From positions 5,312,001-5,376,000 of the forward strand of contig OZ242214.1 of assembly GCA_965206595.1 (NCBI GenBank): a DNA stretch of 64,000 nucleotides, given 5' to 3'. This document shows positions 1 to 10,884 of the stretch, one piece after another (positions within the stretch are counted from its first letter, which is position 1; each line of letters opens with the position of its first letter). The position numbers were made by a program, and so were the translations under genes. Source of the DNA: Candidatus Latescibacterota bacterium (GTDB taxonomy: Bacteria; Latescibacterota; UBA2968; UBA8231). The notes beneath the pieces were generated by a model that saw nothing but the letters and a program-made list of their open reading frames with translations, was not told the origin of the DNA and did no database searches.

Positions 1-79
1 TAGAGCGATGGAAGCCCATCCACAGATGCCCAGTTGGTAGCCGCCGCCCTTTCCGGCCGCCTTTCCGCTTTCGAGGACC

Positions 80-1250
80 TAGTGTCATGTCGTGTAATTA
101 ACTGTACAAACAATTGAAAGTGCCGTAGGTTTCCCTTATCCCCCTTCTGAAAGGAGAGACCTATGGTGACGGGGCGTCCATTAACGCCGTTAGAGCTGAG
201 TCCGTCGGACCGGGAACGACTGGAATCGATGGCCAAATCACGAAGTCTTCCCCACGGATTGGTGCGGCGAGCCGAGATGGTGCTGCTGGCCGCCGATGGC
301 TGGCCCAATGAAGCGGTCGCTTCCGCGGTGGGTGTGACGCGAGCTACGGTGGGCAAATGGCGCCGGCGTTTTCTCGACAACGGACTCAATGGCTTGTATG
401 ATGAACTACGTTCAGGGGCGCCGCGATCGATCACGGACGAGCAGGTAGCCGAGGTGGTATACAAGACCCTGAAGACCAAGCCCAAAGACGAAACACAGTG
501 GTCGGTGCGCTCCATGGGCGAAGAAACCGGCCTGACCAAGGACGCGGTTCATCGCATTTGGCGCACGTATGGTTTGCAGCCCCATCGACACAAGCGCTTC
601 AAGCTTTCCACCGATCCTTTCTTTGTCGACAAAGTACGGGATATCGTCGGCTTGTACCTGAATCCCCCCGAGCACGCCCTGGTGCTGTGCGTGGACGAGA
701 AGAGCCAGATCCAGGCGTTGGAACGAAGTCAGCCCATGCTGCCCCTGGGACTGGGATACGTGGAAGGGATTACGCACGACTACAAGCGGCACGGCACCAC
801 CACCCTGTTTGCCGCCCTGGACATCGCCACCGGGGAAGTGATGACCCAGTGCAAGCCCCGTCATCGTCACCAGGAGTTCCTCCAGTTCCTGCGCCACATC
901 GAGGCCAACGTGCCCGCTGACCTCGATATTCATCTCGTCGTCGACAACTACGCCACGCATAAGCATGCCAAGGTCAAGCGATGGCTGGCACGGCGTCCCC
1001 GATTTCACCTTCACTACACTCCCACGTATGCTTCGTGGCTCAATCAGGTGGAGATCTGGTTCAATATCCTCACCCGCCAGGCGGTTCGGCGCGATTCGTT
1101 CCGCAAGGTGTCGGAGCTCATCGAGCGAATCGAACGCTACACGGCCAAATGGAACGCCAACGCACACCCTTTCGTCTGGACGGCTACGGCGGATTCCATC
1201 CTCGCCAAAATCAAGAGACTTTGTGAACGAATCTCTGCGACAGGACACTA
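80..1250 (+). mobile_element. IS630-family insertion sequence
   Basis: Terminal inverted repeats CTAGTGTCATGTCG (79-92) and CGACAGGACACTAG (1238-1251). Duplicated TA within a CTAG target, as is typical for IS630. Single transposase ORF. Confidence 0.95.
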
Positions 1251-1251
1251 G
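163..1251 (+). CDS. IS630 family transposase
   Basis: N-terminal HTH; DDE motifs [27 protein letters not shown]; RBS AAGGAG upstream; stop codon lies in the right IR. Confidence 0.97.
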   Translation: MVTGRPLTPLELSPSDRERLESMAKSRSLPHGLVRRAEMVLLAADGWPNEAVASAVGVTRATVGKWRRRFLDNGLNGLYDELRSGAPRSITDEQVAEVVYKTLKTKPKDETQWSVRSMGEETGLTKDAVHRIWRTYGLQPHRHKRFKLSTDPFFVDKVRDIVGLYLNPPEHALVLCVDEKSQIQALERSQPMLPLGLGYVEGITHDYKRHGTTTLFAALDIATGEVMTQCKPRHRHQEFLQFLRHIEANVPADLDIHLVVDNYATHKHAKVKRWLARRPRFHLHYTPTYASWLNQVEIWFNILTRQAVRRDSFRKVSELIERIERYTAKWNANAHPFVWTATADSILAKIKRLCERISATGH

Positions 1252-2113
1252 TGGTACGCCATCAGAAGCGCCTCTACATGCAGGCGCTGAGTTACCTGCG
1301 TGTCGAGGAGGAGGCCCAGGATGCTCTCCAGGACGCATTCCTGAAGGCGTTCGGACACTGAAAGAGCCTTCTCGATTCCCGGCCTGGATGGGGCGGATAC
1401 TTCGCAACGTCTGCCTCAACAGGTTGAGGGAGGACCGCCGCCGTCGAGCCATGGGCGGAGTCGGTTGTCGAGCGGACGGATACCGAAGCGCATCCGGAGC
1501 CGGCGGTCATCCGCCGCGCAGCGTTTCAGGAGCTGCTTTCCAAGCTTCCCGAGAAAAGCGTCCTGGCGTTTACACTGCACTATCTGGAAGGCCGTTCGAT
1601 TCAGGAAGTGGCTCTTCCGACGGGAACAACCCCTTCAGGGGTGAAACAGCGGCTGTGCAGGGCGCGCAGACAGCTTCAGGTGGAGGTCACTCGCATGGAA
1701 AGAGACGCCGGTAGCAAGCAGGACCTGCCCGAGGGGTTCGCGGCGCGGACCATTGCCCGCCTGTTGGAACAGGGCAGGAGGGATCGGTTGTACATGAGGA
1801 TGAACGACGCGCGCGCACGCTTCAGGGAAGCACTGGAGGTTTACCCGGATCATCCCGAGGCATTGATGGAGCTCGGATGTACCTATGACCCCATAGAGGG
1901 GCCGTCCCAGGATGAAGTAGCAACCCTTCAACGAGCCGCCGTCCACCGTGCACACCACTTCGTACCACTTCCCGACCTGCATCTGAAGGCCGGCGGACCG
2001 GCTCTCCGCGTGCGGTCCGTGTCACGGAATTGTCAACTCCATTGCGAATATTGGATATTCACCCGCCAGCATCCGCTCGGTGCCCCGGAACCCCTCACCT
2101 CGGGAGGGAAGTT

Positions 2114-3568
2114 GTGACCGCAAACAGCTACACCTATGACCTCGTCTGCATCGGCAGCGGTCCTGCCGGCCAGCGGGCGGCCATCCAGGCCTCCAAGCTG
2201 GGCAAGAAGGTGGCCGTGGTCGAAAGGCAGCAGATGATCGGCGGCGTCTGCATCGAGTCGGGCACCATTCCTTCCAAGACCTTCCGCGAGGCGGTGCAGC
2301 GCGGCTATTCCCGTCCGGGCCTGGAGGCATCCGAGCAGTTCCGGCCCCGCTATCGCCCCACCATGCACCAGCTGATCGGCCACGTGGAGCGCGTCATCGA
2401 GCGCGAGATCTTTGTCGTCCAGGAGAACCTGTCGCGCAACGACATCCAGGTCGTGCGCGGCATCGCCTCGTTCCTCGACGGGCACACCTTGCAGGTGGAG
2501 GGCGTCGAGGGGCGCCGCAGGCTGTCGACGGACAAGGTGCTGATCGCCGTGGGCACGCGCCCCAGCGATCCACCAGGTCTCAAGGCGGACAACCAGACCA
2601 TCATGAACTCGGACTGCCTCCTCGACCTGGAGAAGATGCCGCGCAGCATCGCCGTGGTCGGGGCCGGGGTCATCGGCATCGAGTACGCCTCGATGTTCGC
2701 CGCCCTGGGGGTACAGGTGACGGTGATCGACCGGCGTCCCAGGCCGCTGGAGTTCCTCGACCACGAGATCGTCGACGAGCTCATCCACCAGATGCGCAAG
2801 GCGGACGTCACCTTCCGCTGCGGCGAAGCGGTGGAGCGCATCGAGGTGGTCGAGGTTCCCCAGCGCAAGGGTCTCATCGAGCTCGAGTCCGGCAAGCACA
2901 TCGTCGCCGACGTGGTGCTGTTCTCCGCCGGCCGCATCGGTTCGACCGAGGACCTCAATCTCGAATCGGTCGGCCTGCAGGCGGACGAGCGCGGCCGCAT
3001 GAAGGTCGACGAGAATCACCGCACGGCGACGGAGAACATCTACGCAGCCGGCGACGTCATCGGTTTCCCCGCGCTGGCCGCCACCTCCAGCGAGCAGGGA
3101 CGCCTCGCCGCCTGCCACATGTTCGGGGTCGAGGCGCAGCCGATGGGCAGCCACTTCCCGGTCGGGATCTACGCCATCCCGGAAATCTCCATGGTGGGGG
3201 CGACCGAGGAGGAGCTCACCCGGGACCGCGTGCCCTACGAGACCGGCATCGCCCATTACAAGGAGATCTCGCGCGGGCAGATTCTCGGCGACGATTCGGG
3301 AATGGTGAAGCTGATCTTCCACCGCGAGGACGGACGCCTTCTCGGGGCCCACTGCATCGGTTCGGGGGCCACCGAACTGGTCCACGTGGGCCAGGCGGTG
3401 CTGGGTCTGGGGGGCGGCCTCGACTACTTCATCCGCACGGTATTCAACTATCCCACCCTGGCGGAGTGCTACAAGGTGGCGGCCTTCAACGCGGCCAACA
3501 AGCTTGCCCTCGTGCGCAGCGCCGTCATGACCCAGGAGACGGCGACGGCCGCGGCCCTGGGTGTCTGA
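2114..3568 (+). CDS. sthA: Si-specific (soluble) NAD(P)+ transhydrogenase
   Basis: YDLVCIGSGPAG FAD motif, GGVCIESGTIPSKT (no second redox Cys), GAGVIGIEYAS, TVFNYPTLAECYKVAA; GTG start after GGGAGG. Confidence 0.93.
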   Translation: MTANSYTYDLVCIGSGPAGQRAAIQASKLGKKVAVVERQQMIGGVCIESGTIPSKTFREAVQRGYSRPGLEASEQFRPRYRPTMHQLIGHVERVIEREIFVVQENLSRNDIQVVRGIASFLDGHTLQVEGVEGRRRLSTDKVLIAVGTRPSDPPGLKADNQTIMNSDCLLDLEKMPRSIAVVGAGVIGIEYASMFAALGVQVTVIDRRPRPLEFLDHEIVDELIHQMRKADVTFRCGEAVERIEVVEVPQRKGLIELESGKHIVADVVLFSAGRIGSTEDLNLESVGLQADERGRMKVDENHRTATENIYAAGDVIGFPALAATSSEQGRLAACHMFGVEAQPMGSHFPVGIYAIPEISMVGATEEELTRDRVPYETGIAHYKEISRGQILGDDSGMVKLIFHREDGRLLGAHCIGSGATELVHVGQAVLGLGGGLDYFIRTVFNYPTLAECYKVAAFNAANKLALVRSAVMTQETATAAALGV

Positions 3569-3875
3569 CGGACCCGGCGCCGACCCTGGAATCAGCGTTT
3601 TGAGCGACGAGCCGATCGACCATCCGATCGACGGCACCCTCGACCTGCACACCTTTCTTCCGAGGGACGTCGGTACTCTGGTGCCCGACTACCTCGAGGC
3701 CTGCCGCGAGAAGGGGATCTTCCAGATCCGCATCGTGCACGGGAAAGGCAAGGGGATCCTTCGCGAGAGCGTCCACCGGATCCTGGAGCGCCAACCCGGC
3801 GTCGAGTCGTTCCGGCTGGCGGGTGCAGGGGGCGGCAGTTGGGGAGCCACCCTGGTGCAGCTGAGGCGGGAATAG
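3561..3875 (+). CDS. Stand-alone Smr/MutS2-domain protein
   Basis: TLDLH, RIVHGKGKGILR and GGSWGATLV Smr motifs. Confidence 0.9.
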   Translation: MSDGPGADPGISVLSDEPIDHPIDGTLDLHTFLPRDVGTLVPDYLEACREKGIFQIRIVHGKGKGILRESVHRILERQPGVESFRLAGAGGGSWGATLVQLRRE

Positions 3876-3996
3876 GGAAAGGGAAGCGCGGCCGGGGAAA
3901 GGGCGTCCCGTTTGGCAGGCGCCAAGGGCCCGGTTTAGCTTGTTCGGCTGGGATTTTCGGGTACCAAAGAAACCCCCTTCCACGGGCTTCGGAGCG

Positions 3997-5190
3997 ATGA
4001 GCGACAGGATAGAACAACTGATTCAGGAGGCCCATCCCGGGCTGACGCAGCTGCGCCACGATCTTCACGAACATCCGGAGCTCGGCTACGAGGAGGAGCG
4101 CACCTCCGCCCGCATTCTCAGCGAGCTGCGGGAGCTTCCCGGACTGAGCATTCGCACCGGTGTGGCGGAGACCGGCCTGGTCGCCACCCTAGGAGCCGGC
4201 AAGCCGGGGCCCTGCGTCGCCCTGCGTGCCGACATGGACGCGCTGCCGATCCAGGAGCAGTCGGGCAAGAGCTACGCCTCCAAGGTGCCGGGCAAGATGC
4301 ACGCCTGCGGGCACGACGGCCACGTGACCTGCCTGGTGGGAGCGGCGCGCGTGCTGTCGGCGCTCGCCGACGAGCTGCCCGGTCCCGTGAAGTTCGTCTT
4401 TCAGCCCGCCGAGGAGGGGGGTGCCGGCGGCCGCCGCATGTGTGAAGAGGGAGTCCTCGCCGATCCCGAGGTGACGGCGATCTTCGGCCTTCACGGCTGG
4501 CCGACCCTGAAGATCGGCGAGATCGCCCTGCGGCCCGGACCCGTCCTGGCGAGCTCGGACAAAATGGAGATCACCGTTCGCGGCCGGGGGGCTCACGCCG
4601 CCTTCCCGCACCAGGGAGTCGACCCCATCGTCATCGCCTCCCACGTGATCGTCGCCCTGCAGACCATCGTCTCGCGGACCACGGATCCCCTCGACTCCGC
4701 GGTGGTCACGGTCGCCCGCGTCAGCGGCGGCTCGGGCTACAACATCATCCCGTCGCAGGTGGAGCTGGCCGGCACCGTGCGCAGCCTTAACACGGCAACG
4801 CGCCAGAGGGTACACCGCCGTATCGCGGAAATCGCTGAAGGCACTGCCCGAGCCCTGGGGGGCGCCGCGGAGGTGGAGATCTTCGACGGTTACCCGGTGC
4901 TCGAGAACGATCCGGTGGCCACGGGCGTCGTCGAGCGCACGGTCGCTGCGGCCGGGGCCGGCCTTTCCTTCCAGACGATGGACCCGGTGATGGGGGGCGA
5001 GGACTTCGCTTTCTACGCGCAGCGGATTCCGGCCGCCTTCTACGCCCTCGGCGTCTGTCCTGCCGGAGTGGACCAGTACCCCCACCTACACCAGCCGAAC
5101 TACGATTTTTCCGACGGGGCGATTCCTTGCGGGGTGCGCATGCACGTCGAGGTCGCGCGCCGTTTCTGGGACAACTGGCCGCGCAACTGA
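3997..5190 (+). CDS. M20D family amidohydrolase
   Basis: LHEHPELGYEE, LRADMDALP, MHACGHDGH, FQPAEEG and MGGEDFA motifs. Confidence 0.95.
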   Translation: MSDRIEQLIQEAHPGLTQLRHDLHEHPELGYEEERTSARILSELRELPGLSIRTGVAETGLVATLGAGKPGPCVALRADMDALPIQEQSGKSYASKVPGKMHACGHDGHVTCLVGAARVLSALADELPGPVKFVFQPAEEGGAGGRRMCEEGVLADPEVTAIFGLHGWPTLKIGEIALRPGPVLASSDKMEITVRGRGAHAAFPHQGVDPIVIASHVIVALQTIVSRTTDPLDSAVVTVARVSGGSGYNIIPSQVELAGTVRSLNTATRQRVHRRIAEIAEGTARALGGAAEVEIFDGYPVLENDPVATGVVERTVAAAGAGLSFQTMDPVMGGEDFAFYAQRIPAAFYALGVCPAGVDQYPHLHQPNYDFSDGAIPCGVRMHVEVARRFWDNWPRN

Positions 5191-5228
5191 AGCGGTTCGG
5201 CCTCCAAGCACCCACCCACGGCACGGCG

Positions 5229-5924
5229 ATGGAACCATTACTCACCCCCGAGGAACTGCGCGTTCTCGGCTGCCTCATCGAAAAGGGGATCACCACCCCG
5301 GACTACTACCCGATGACCCTGAACGCCCTGACCGCGGCCTGCAACCAGAAGTCCAACCGCGATCCGGTGGTTCAGTACAACGAGAAGACGGCGGTGCGGA
5401 CGCTCGATTCGCTGCGGGAAAAGGAGCTGGTGCGCGTCGTCAGCGGACACGACACGCGGGTCCCCAAGTACTATCACCGGTTCACCGACGTCCGGGGGTT
5501 CTCCGAGCCGGAGGTGGCGGTGCTCTGCGAGCTGATGCTGCGGGGGCCGCAGACGCCCGGCGAGCTGCGCAACCGCGGCAGCCGCATGCACCCCTTCGAG
5601 AACCTCGCCGAGGTGGAGGCGGCCCTCGAATCGCTGATGAACCGGGAGGCAGGGGCCGCGGTCGTCAGGCTGCCCCGTCAGCCCGGGTTCAAGGAGTCCC
5701 GCTTCGCCCACCTGCTCGGGGGTCCCCCCGAGATCGAGGAGCCTTCCGGCGACGGCTCGGACGGCCCCGGAGAACCGGGCGGCGTTAAACCGGAAGCGGC
5801 GCGTCTCGCCGCCGCCGCCAAGGACGAAAGGCTCGACCGCCTCGAAGCAGCGGTCGCCGAGATGGCTGCGGAAATCGCCTCCTTGCGCTCGGGGTTCGAG
5901 GAGTTCAAGCGCCAGTTCGAATAG
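5229..5924 (+). CDS. YceH / DUF480 family protein
   Basis: RVLGCLIEK.ITTPDYYPMTLNAL..ACNQKSNRDPV; LMLRGPQTPGELR. Confidence 0.92.
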   Translation: MEPLLTPEELRVLGCLIEKGITTPDYYPMTLNALTAACNQKSNRDPVVQYNEKTAVRTLDSLREKELVRVVSGHDTRVPKYYHRFTDVRGFSEPEVAVLCELMLRGPQTPGELRNRGSRMHPFENLAEVEAALESLMNREAGAAVVRLPRQPGFKESRFAHLLGGPPEIEEPSGDGSDGPGEPGGVKPEAARLAAAAKDERLDRLEAAVAEMAAEIASLRSGFEEFKRQFE

Positions 5925-6705
5925 GCCGGTATCCCAATGTGGAATCCGATTCTTTCGTTCTAATTCTCGTCGATTGGCGGGGGATAGGTTTCGTCAAAGA
6001 GCTTCAAATCTTGAAAATTGGTGTAGTTACTGGTATCTCAGCTTCTCAAAAGCTTTACGGAAGATTAGGCACGGATTCATGCGCCAAGGCGGTTGACATT
6101 TATAAGGCGGCACCTCAATTCTAAATTCCCGGTCAGCTTTCCGCGCCTGGATACAGGGAATGCTGCGCTCCTTGCAGAGTTCTTTGACACTGGACTTGAA
6201 CTCATTTTCTGCTCTTATCCCAAGAATGACACGTGAAATTGGTCCTGGGAATGGACATTCTTGATCACCGCAATCCGTTGTAAAGCGCCATTCTTTCTCG
6301 TACGCCCATTCCCATGATTTGGTTTTCATCATGCGCTGTATCGTCTCGCCATCTTGGTTAATCAACATCTGCCCAAGATCTATTGGTGGATAATGTCTTT
6401 CATACCTTACCGGGGAACACATTTCTTCATCACCAAGACAGTTATTTTCGGCTCGAGTAAACTCGAAGCAAACACCCTTATGATTTTGTGCATAGTGGGA
6501 CCACATAAGTATTGAATCGCAAACTTCTGACAGGCATACGACTCCTGAGTTCTTACATTCCTTTTGGAAATCTTTCACTAGTTTGTTCAAATGTTTTCGT
6601 TCTTCGGGTGTAAATTTCCCATCGGCATCAAGCTTCGCTCTCTTGTATTGGGCAATTTGCTCTGGGCTCCGCCATCGTCGAGTTGCCTCTATGACACTCT
6701 CTTCA

Positions 6706-8566
6706 TCCTTTGTTATTCATTCAACCCGCGCATAAGCGGACATAGGCGCTTCCGAGACCCCTTTGCTTAGCCTCAGAGGCTTGCGTCCCTTCTATAGTCG
6801 GCTTTTTGGGTAGAGCCGTCTCCTTATCTCTACCGACCTTGTTGAAATTGTACACGCCTTCTCGAAGACGCTTGCCTTTGCGAGCCCATCATCCCGACCG
6901 ACCCGGCCTGCGCTTACGCCATCGCCGCGTCCACCGGTTTGAGCGTGGCCAGAAATCTCCACAGACGATCCCAGGCAGCCGCCGTCCCTTGGGTCAGGAT
7001 GACGCCCACCCTGCGCCCATGCAAGGTGACGCGGGACGGCAGGCGCAGGTAGCGCCGTCGAAAACTGTCCAGGCTCAGGGCCGTCGTCGAGCGTCCGTAT
7101 GTGCGGGGCCGCCCGCGTCGGGCCTCGGCGCGTTCGGCGGCCTGGCGGCCCAGGTGAAGCAGGTTGTAGGCCAGCAGGTTCAAGGTCAGAAGCGCCTGGT
7201 TGGCAGCGAAGGCATCCCGGGACGGGGTGCGCTGACGCGGCTCTCGACCCCGGTAGTGTTGCTTGCGACGGGTGGTAGAGGAGAGCTGAGGCTGGAGGGT
7301 GGAGCTCAACTCGCCGAGCATGCGCTCGAAAAGGCCGCGCTGACGATAAAAGGCGACCAGGTCGCGGCCGCTCATCGTCTGGGGACTCTGGTCGGTGATC
7401 AGGAAGAAGTGGCGGGCGATGGGCAGCTCTTCCGTCTCGGAAGGGACCAGGACCAACACCACCCGCCGGGGCTGCGCCCAGGACCTGGCTTGATAGCGCA
7501 GCTCGCGACAGCGAAAACCCTCTTCCCGCAGCTCTTCCGGGTGCTGCGCCAGCTCCTGCTGATAGCCTTCCACCCAGGCACGAGCCAGCTCCTCCAGGCG
7601 CGCATTCTTCTTGATGCGCGCCACGTACGAGGTGTCGGCCCGCGCTTCCAGCTCACTCAGGAAAGACCCGCTCACCGAGGCCGCGTCGAAGCGCAGGATG
7701 AGGCGCCGGGCCAGATGCGACTGAATCCAGTCCAAGCGCTTGCCGAGAGCCTCTGAGGCGCCCTCATGGGCGTGCACGTTGCCCGGCCGCAGCACGGCAC
7801 CGAAGAAATCGCCCGTCTGCGCCGAGCCGAGGAGCAGGGGATGGTACCCCGAGGCGTGGAAGTAGCCGTTGTATTCGACCCCCGCCTGGTGCCCGTGCGC
7901 CGGCATCGGCAGGGCATCCATGTCGACGGCCAACTCCTCGTATTTCATCCGTCCTTCCAGCAGCCGGCAACGAGACCGGGCGCTGCGCAGGACGGCTTCC
8001 TCCAACACCTCGCGGTTATAGGCAGTCGAGGCTTGCTCGAGCAGGCGCGACAGCGTCGGCTGACTGGCCAGTCCCTGCGGCCGGTCTTCGTCGCCGCTGC
8101 GCAACGGCGCCTGCCCTTTGCGATCGCTGACCGCCAGACGCAGGATCGGATCTTGGCGCAACGCGTCGGCGTCGGCGGCGTGGGTCCAGCCCTGTGCCAG
8201 CAGCACGATCTGTGTGCGCAGCAGCTCCGGCAGCGGGTGCGTGATCTGGTCTTGGGTACGGAGATCCTCGAAGTGGGCGTCGAGCCAATCCAGAACCCGG
8301 CTGTGTTCGAGCAGTTGACGCAACATCAGCGCACCGGTGTCGCTGCCAAGGTGGGTGGGGCGGGCTTCGATGTGGATGGAGCGGTTGAAAGACGGCTGAA
8401 TCGGCCCGGCTTGCTCGGACTCGGTGTGTGACGGTAATTCACCCATTGGGTGTCCTACTGTGTGATGGGTTCAAAGGGCGATACTGCCTTGTGTTTCCCT
8501 CTGAAATCTAAGCATGGGAGGCACCCAGTACAGCCCTCTCCACTAAAATTCCATGAATAACAAGGG
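6706..8566 (-). mobile_element. IS1380-family insertion sequence
   Basis: IRs CCTTTGTTATTCAT (6707-6720) and ATGAATAACAAGGG (8553-8566); 4-bp direct repeat TTCA at 6702-6705 and 8567-8570. Confidence 0.93.
6914..8446 (-). CDS. IS1380 family transposase
   Basis: SDTGALMLR, LRQDPILRLAV, LASQPTLSRL, VDMD, LRPGN, LRFDA and FYRQRG..E motifs. Confidence 0.93.
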   Translation of the reverse strand: MGELPSHTESEQAGPIQPSFNRSIHIEARPTHLGSDTGALMLRQLLEHSRVLDWLDAHFEDLRTQDQITHPLPELLRTQIVLLAQGWTHAADADALRQDPILRLAVSDRKGQAPLRSGDEDRPQGLASQPTLSRLLEQASTAYNREVLEEAVLRSARSRCRLLEGRMKYEELAVDMDALPMPAHGHQAGVEYNGYFHASGYHPLLLGSAQTGDFFGAVLRPGNVHAHEGASEALGKRLDWIQSHLARRLILRFDAASVSGSFLSELEARADTSYVARIKKNARLEELARAWVEGYQQELAQHPEELREEGFRCRELRYQARSWAQPRRVVLVLVPSETEELPIARHFFLITDQSPQTMSGRDLVAFYRQRGLFERMLGELSSTLQPQLSSTTRRKQHYRGREPRQRTPSRDAFAANQALLTLNLLAYNLLHLGRQAAERAEARRGRPRTYGRSTTALSLDSFRRRYLRLPSRVTLHGRRVGVILTQGTAAAWDRLWRFLATLKPVDAAMA

Positions 8567-8765
8567 TTCAGTTATGTCATTTTCAATTTCCAAATCGCAA
8601 TCGAATGGATCATTGAAATGCTCTGGTTTGGATGCCCAGAGGCGGTTGTTACGCCAGATTTTTAGCGTATTCTCTTTTGGGGGTTTGTACAAGTAAAGTT
8701 TCGTGATACGAGGATAGAGCATTCTGTGATATGTCTCCTGACGCCCTTTCAAATACACTCAATTC

Positions 8766-10159
8766 CTACCCAAGCTTGCGCTGTTGCGCTTCAATAATTT
8801 CCAGTTGCGCTTCTATTGCAGCGTAGTAATCGGGCAGCGGGTCCACCTCATACAGTATATCAACACCACGCTGCTGACAATTAGCGAACAGGATCATGCC
8901 TCCTTCACTCGGTTCCTCCGCGTCCTCCACTGTCTCATGCAGGTCGTAATAGAAGCTGCGCAACCCAGACCGTTCGGATTTCAGTTCCTTGGACGCCATT
9001 CTATAAAACGTGGTCCTTACACTTGGGAATACTATTCGTTTGAGGAATCCTTCCTCATGTCTCCCCCTTCTGCAGGTTGCTAAATGCGGCTCAAAAGATG
9101 AGTCCATCGCATCTAGGACAGTCTGGTACAGGTCCAGAAAAGAGTCCTGATAATTCGCTAGTGAGGTTCTCAAGTTCCTCAAGAGCTCTGCGAAGATGTC
9201 GTTCCTTGAACCACCCACTGATTCCCTTTCCGGTAAAGATGCCGGCCAAGCTGCATAATACTGGTAGAACAACGGCCGATAGGCCTCCTGTCACGGGTGC
9301 CAACGCCAGCCCCCAACCAAGCCCTGCCGTACCTCCGAGCCAACCGCCAACACCGGTAGCAGCCGTGTCCAGCGCGGTGTGTTCTGCCGCCGTCTTAAAG
9401 TCTATATCGTCTTTGCGGAATTTATGGAAATTCCTAACTGCGTTGATGGCCAACGAAATAAAGGGAACACTGTCGATCCCATCTCCAAGGTCCGCAATTC
9501 CCTCAAACGTGTCCTCAGTGCTGTCAGAAGCTTCAGCAGCGGAGAGGTCAGGATTGATTACAACGCGGGGGTTGTCGCGGAAGTCGTCGGCCATCTCCAG
9601 ATTGGCGATTACGTCGATATCCGGATGCCTGTCGAGGTGTTCCTGGATGTACCGTGGGTCGTCTGTGACCTTAACGTTGTATGGCTTTCCATCTATAATA
9701 TGGTCTACTCCCTCCGCGGTGCCTGACTCTGGGGTCTCAACGTTATGGCCCCTCTGTCGGTAGTAATCGGCTACTACCTCCTCACGGGTGTAGCCCTTGT
9801 ATTTATCGGTCATTCTTTCCCAAGCTTCTGATCCAGGCTCGGATTTGATGATCTCGCCTTTAATGAAATCCATGAGGTCATCAAGACTCTCGAAATCTTG
9901 TGCGTGATGCAGATTGCCTATCCCCTGTAGAGCGTGGGGATCCAGCTTCATGGTGTTGTAGAGAACGTCGAACACGCTCACACCTGTCACGGCTGCTCCG
10001 TCCACTCCTAACTCTCGCGCTACACGCTTGCGCAGTGGTTCATCGACCTTCAGCGTATTTGTGAGGAAGGCCCGCTGACGAACACCGATGGAAGTATGAG
10101 GCTGTGCCTAGTGCGATAGTCGCAACAGCTATGCATATGAGAACGAGGATGACTACCAT
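8766..10159 (-). pseudogene. Membrane-anchored hypothetical protein (PD-(D/E)XK-like segment plus glycine zipper), two frameshifts
   Basis: ATG at 10159 opens a TM segment (MVVILVLICIAVATIALG). A shift near 10083 leads into ORF 9091-10005, and a shift near 9157 leads into YQDSFLDLY... of ORF 8766-9272. Lower GC than the flanks. Confidence 0.6.
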
Positions 10160-10522
10160 AACGCGATTCTTTTTTGTTTCGTTTCACGTCGGCCCTTAAT
10201 TAACCAATGTGTGTCAAAGCCTTGGCGGTGGGCATGGGGCAGATGACGATTTATCAAATCGTTGCCTCCCTTGAGTGAAACCACACCGTTTTCCTGGTGC
10301 CAATATGCGGGTTGACTAGCACTTGACAGGTAAGGGGCTTGGTTGTTTGGGACGCAAAGCATGCTGACGGATCTACACCGTGTAAAGAGCATACTGCCTA
10401 TGTAATCGATCCGGTGGAGCCATTCGCTTGCCGGGATTCTGTGAAGGAACTATCGTGACCGTCGTCCGTCCGCATAGGCAGCGGCACATACCTTACAAAC
10501 CTCACCAACCGATTCGAAACCC

Positions 10523-10771
10523 ATGCCGAAAATCATCGCCTATCTGAATCCGGCCTGCCCCTGGGCCCGCGGAGTAGTCGATCTGCTCGAGCGCAACAGC
10601 CTCGAGTATGAGTATCGCGATATCATCGGGAACCCCGGCGACTACCGGGAGATGGTGGCCAAGAGCGGCCAGAACTCCTCTCCCTGCGTCGAGGTCGACG
10701 GAAAGATGCTCGCCGATGTCGGGGAAGACGAGGTCGAAAGCCTGCTGAAAGAACGCGGCCTGATCGAGTAG
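10523..10771 (+). CDS. Glutaredoxin-like protein (CPWA site)
   Basis: YLNPACPWA, KSGQNSSPCVEVDG; 82-aa Grx fold. Confidence 0.85.
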   Translation: MPKIIAYLNPACPWARGVVDLLERNSLEYEYRDIIGNPGDYREMVAKSGQNSSPCVEVDGKMLADVGEDEVESLLKERGLIE

Positions 10772-10884
10772 CGCCGCCGGCCGCCGCCGGCTTCCCGCAC
10801 AGGTGGACCGGTCCGGCGCAGGCAGCGCGGTCCGGGACCGGCGGCGAGGGGGTGGGTTCGCCCCAAGTCGCCCCGGCCGGAAGA

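Larger units (their letters stand above)
1..1950 (+). pseudogene. ECF sigma-70 factor with C-terminal TPR-like extension, split by IS630 and further frameshifted
   Basis: Removing the IS gives in-frame ...DAQLVAAALSGRLSAFEDL|[33 protein letters not shown] (region 2). Other frames give RTLKEPSRFPAWMGRILRNVCLNRLR and LSKLPEKSVLAFTLHYLEGRSIQEVA...SGVKQRLCRARRQL (region 4), then ARFREALEVYPDHPEALMELG (TPR-like). The 5' end is at the window edge and the 3' end is approximate. Confidence 0.85.
6027..8722 (-). pseudogene. DUF2971-domain protein interrupted by IS1380
   Basis: N-part LWASKPEHFNDPFDC (8567-8722); C-part CLSE..DSILMWSHYA..HKGVCFEF and TKSWEWAYEKEWR (6027-6705). Removing the IS and one TTCA copy restores in-frame ...NDITEESVIEATRRW.... 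Confidence 0.9.

Noticed and set aside
10153-10392. 79-aa minus-strand ORF
   Set aside because: No RBS or recognisable motif; probably the upstream non-coding region of the island gene.
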